Shown here piece after piece: positions 62,391 to 64,000 of a DNA stretch of 64,000 nt (its first letter is position 1; every line of letters begins with the position of its first letter). The stretch is from Mobula hypostoma (taxonomy: Eukaryota). The stretch lies in contig NC_086108.1 in NCBI RefSeq assembly GCF_963921235.1, positions 117,430,001 to 117,494,000 of the forward strand, read 5' to 3'. The notes under the pieces were generated by a model. It ran no database searches, was not told the origin of the DNA, and saw only the letters and a program-made list of their open reading frames with translations. The position numbers were made by a program, and so were the translations under genes.

Positions 62391-63465
62391 CAGGCCCTTA
62401 GGCCCGCAAGGCTGTGCTGAACTTGTCCATACCTTGGAACTACTTAGGCTTACCCATAGCCCTCCATTTTTCTAAGCTCCATGTACCTATCCAGGAGTCT
62501 GTTAAAAGACCCTATCGTTTCCGCCTCCACCACCGCTGCCAGCAGCCCATTCCACGCACTCACGATTCTCTGTATAAAAAAACCTTACCCCTGACATCTC
62601 CTCTGTACCTACTTCCAAACACCTTAAAACTATGCCCTCTTGTGCTAGTCTCGTGGAAAAAGCTTCTGACTAGCCAAACGATCAAAGTCTCTCACTGTCT
62701 TGTACACCTCTATCAGGTCACCTCTCATCCTCCGTCACTCCAAGAAGAAGGGGCCAAGTTCACTCAACCTATTCTCATAAGGCATGCTCCCCAATTGAGA
62801 CAATATTCTTATAAATCTCCTCTTTACCCTTTCAATGGTTTCCACATCCTTCCTGTAGTGAAGTGACCAGAATTAAGCACAGTACTCCCAGTGGGGTCTG
62901 ACCAGGGTTCTATATAGCTGCAACATTATCGTTCGGCTCTTAAAATCAATCCCACAGTTGATGAAGGCCAACGCACCGTATGCCTTCTTAACCACAGAGT
63001 CAAGCTGCGTAGCAGCTTAGAATGTTCTATGGACTTGGACCCCAAGATCCCTCTGATCCTCCACACTGCCGAGAGTCTTCCCATTAATGCTATATTCTGC
63101 CATCATATTTGACTTACCATAATGAACCACCTCACACTTATCTGGGCTGAACTCCATCTGCCACTTCTCAGCCCAGTTTTGCATCCTATCCGTGTCCCAC
63201 TGTAACCTCTGACACCACTCCACACTATCGACAACACCTCCAACCTTTATGTCATCAGCAAACTTACTAACCCATCCCTCCACTTCCTCATCCAGGTCAT
63301 TTATAAATATCATTTAAGAGTAAGGGTCCCAGAATAGATCCCTGAGGCACACCACTGGTCACCGATCTCCATACAGAATATGCTCCATCTACAACCACTC
63401 TTTGCCTTCTGAGTGCAAGCCATTTCTGGATCCACAAAGCAGTGATCCTTGGATCTCATACCTCT
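62391..63465 (-). mobile_element. CR1 3' part (host of the 58550-62384 insertion)
   Basis: ORF 63017..63313 (FINDLD..SKFADD); its tail continues at ~58520-58549. Confidence 0.85.
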
Positions 63466-63483
63466 TGCTGTGTGACTCATTTT

Positions 63484-64000
63484 TCACTTGCTGCTTCTAG
63501 ACACCTGACATCTCTTGGCTTTAACCAGCCTGTCAACATCAGGGACCAGTTTCTGGGCAGTTGTGATTTTCATAATGTCGTTTAGATGTCTGTGTGTCAG
63601 TTGCGAGTGCAGTTTGGATTTGTTAATGTTCATTATGGAGAACGCCTGCTGACAGAGATATATTGTCCAAAACATACAAAGGATCTTTGAGGCAAAGTCT
63701 GTCATCTTGGGGTACATCGGTCTCAGGTATTGATAGAATGAGCCCAGACCCACATTCTCAAATTTATATGTCAAAGCCGAGTTACACTGATTTTCAATTA
63801 GTTCCATTTGAAGTTCCTCTGACACATCTGATGCTGTGTTGATGGCAAACAGCGAGCAAAATAGTGAGAATTCCTTCTCGAGCTGAGTGAAGACTTGGAA
63901 ACGATTCTGAAACTCACTTTTCAGCCGTGATATTTTGTCCTTGTACCTGTCCATGTCGTCATTATTCCCATGAGCGACACGCACAGACTGCAAAGCGGGG
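63484..64000 (-). mobile_element. hAT transposase C-terminus (Charlie/SPIN/GTF2IRD2-like), running off the window edge
   Basis: LKSEFQNRFQ, LQMELIENQC, YPKMTDFASKILCMF..YLCQQAFSIMNINKSKLHSQLTHRHL (hAT dimerisation region, with the usual CE changed to CQ). Confidence 0.85.

Noticed and set aside
43144..64000. Exon 2 of the SCaMC gene
   Set aside because: I found no second EF-hand peptide (D-x-D-G-x-L-D-F-E-E-F type) with splice sites by eye; it probably lies beyond the window.

Overview
Repeat-dense vertebrate genomic DNA. The CR1/Penelope/Rex1 mix suggests a cartilaginous fish (inference). Most of the window is nested, decayed CR1 LINEs, including one near-complete 3.8 kb copy, plus Penelope-like elements with minimal hammerhead ribozyme motifs, Rex1/Babar and RTE fragments, a hAT MITE, a hAT transposase 3' end, a SINE and a solo LTR. 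The only host coding sequence I recognise is a 156-bp first coding exon (42988-43143) of an EF-hand SCaMC mitochondrial carrier, most like SLC25A23. It lies between an ~8.3 kb almost pure C/T tract and an ~0.8 kb G/A tract. The most interesting element is a fragmented endogenous retrovirus-like element at ~19.9-25.9 kb. It has a coiled-coil/capsid gag, an integrase C-terminus and an envelope laid out like a paramyxo/pneumovirus F protein, as described for lokiretroviruses. All calls come from reading the sequence by eye; no searches were run, and boundaries without target-site duplications (TSDs) are approximate.
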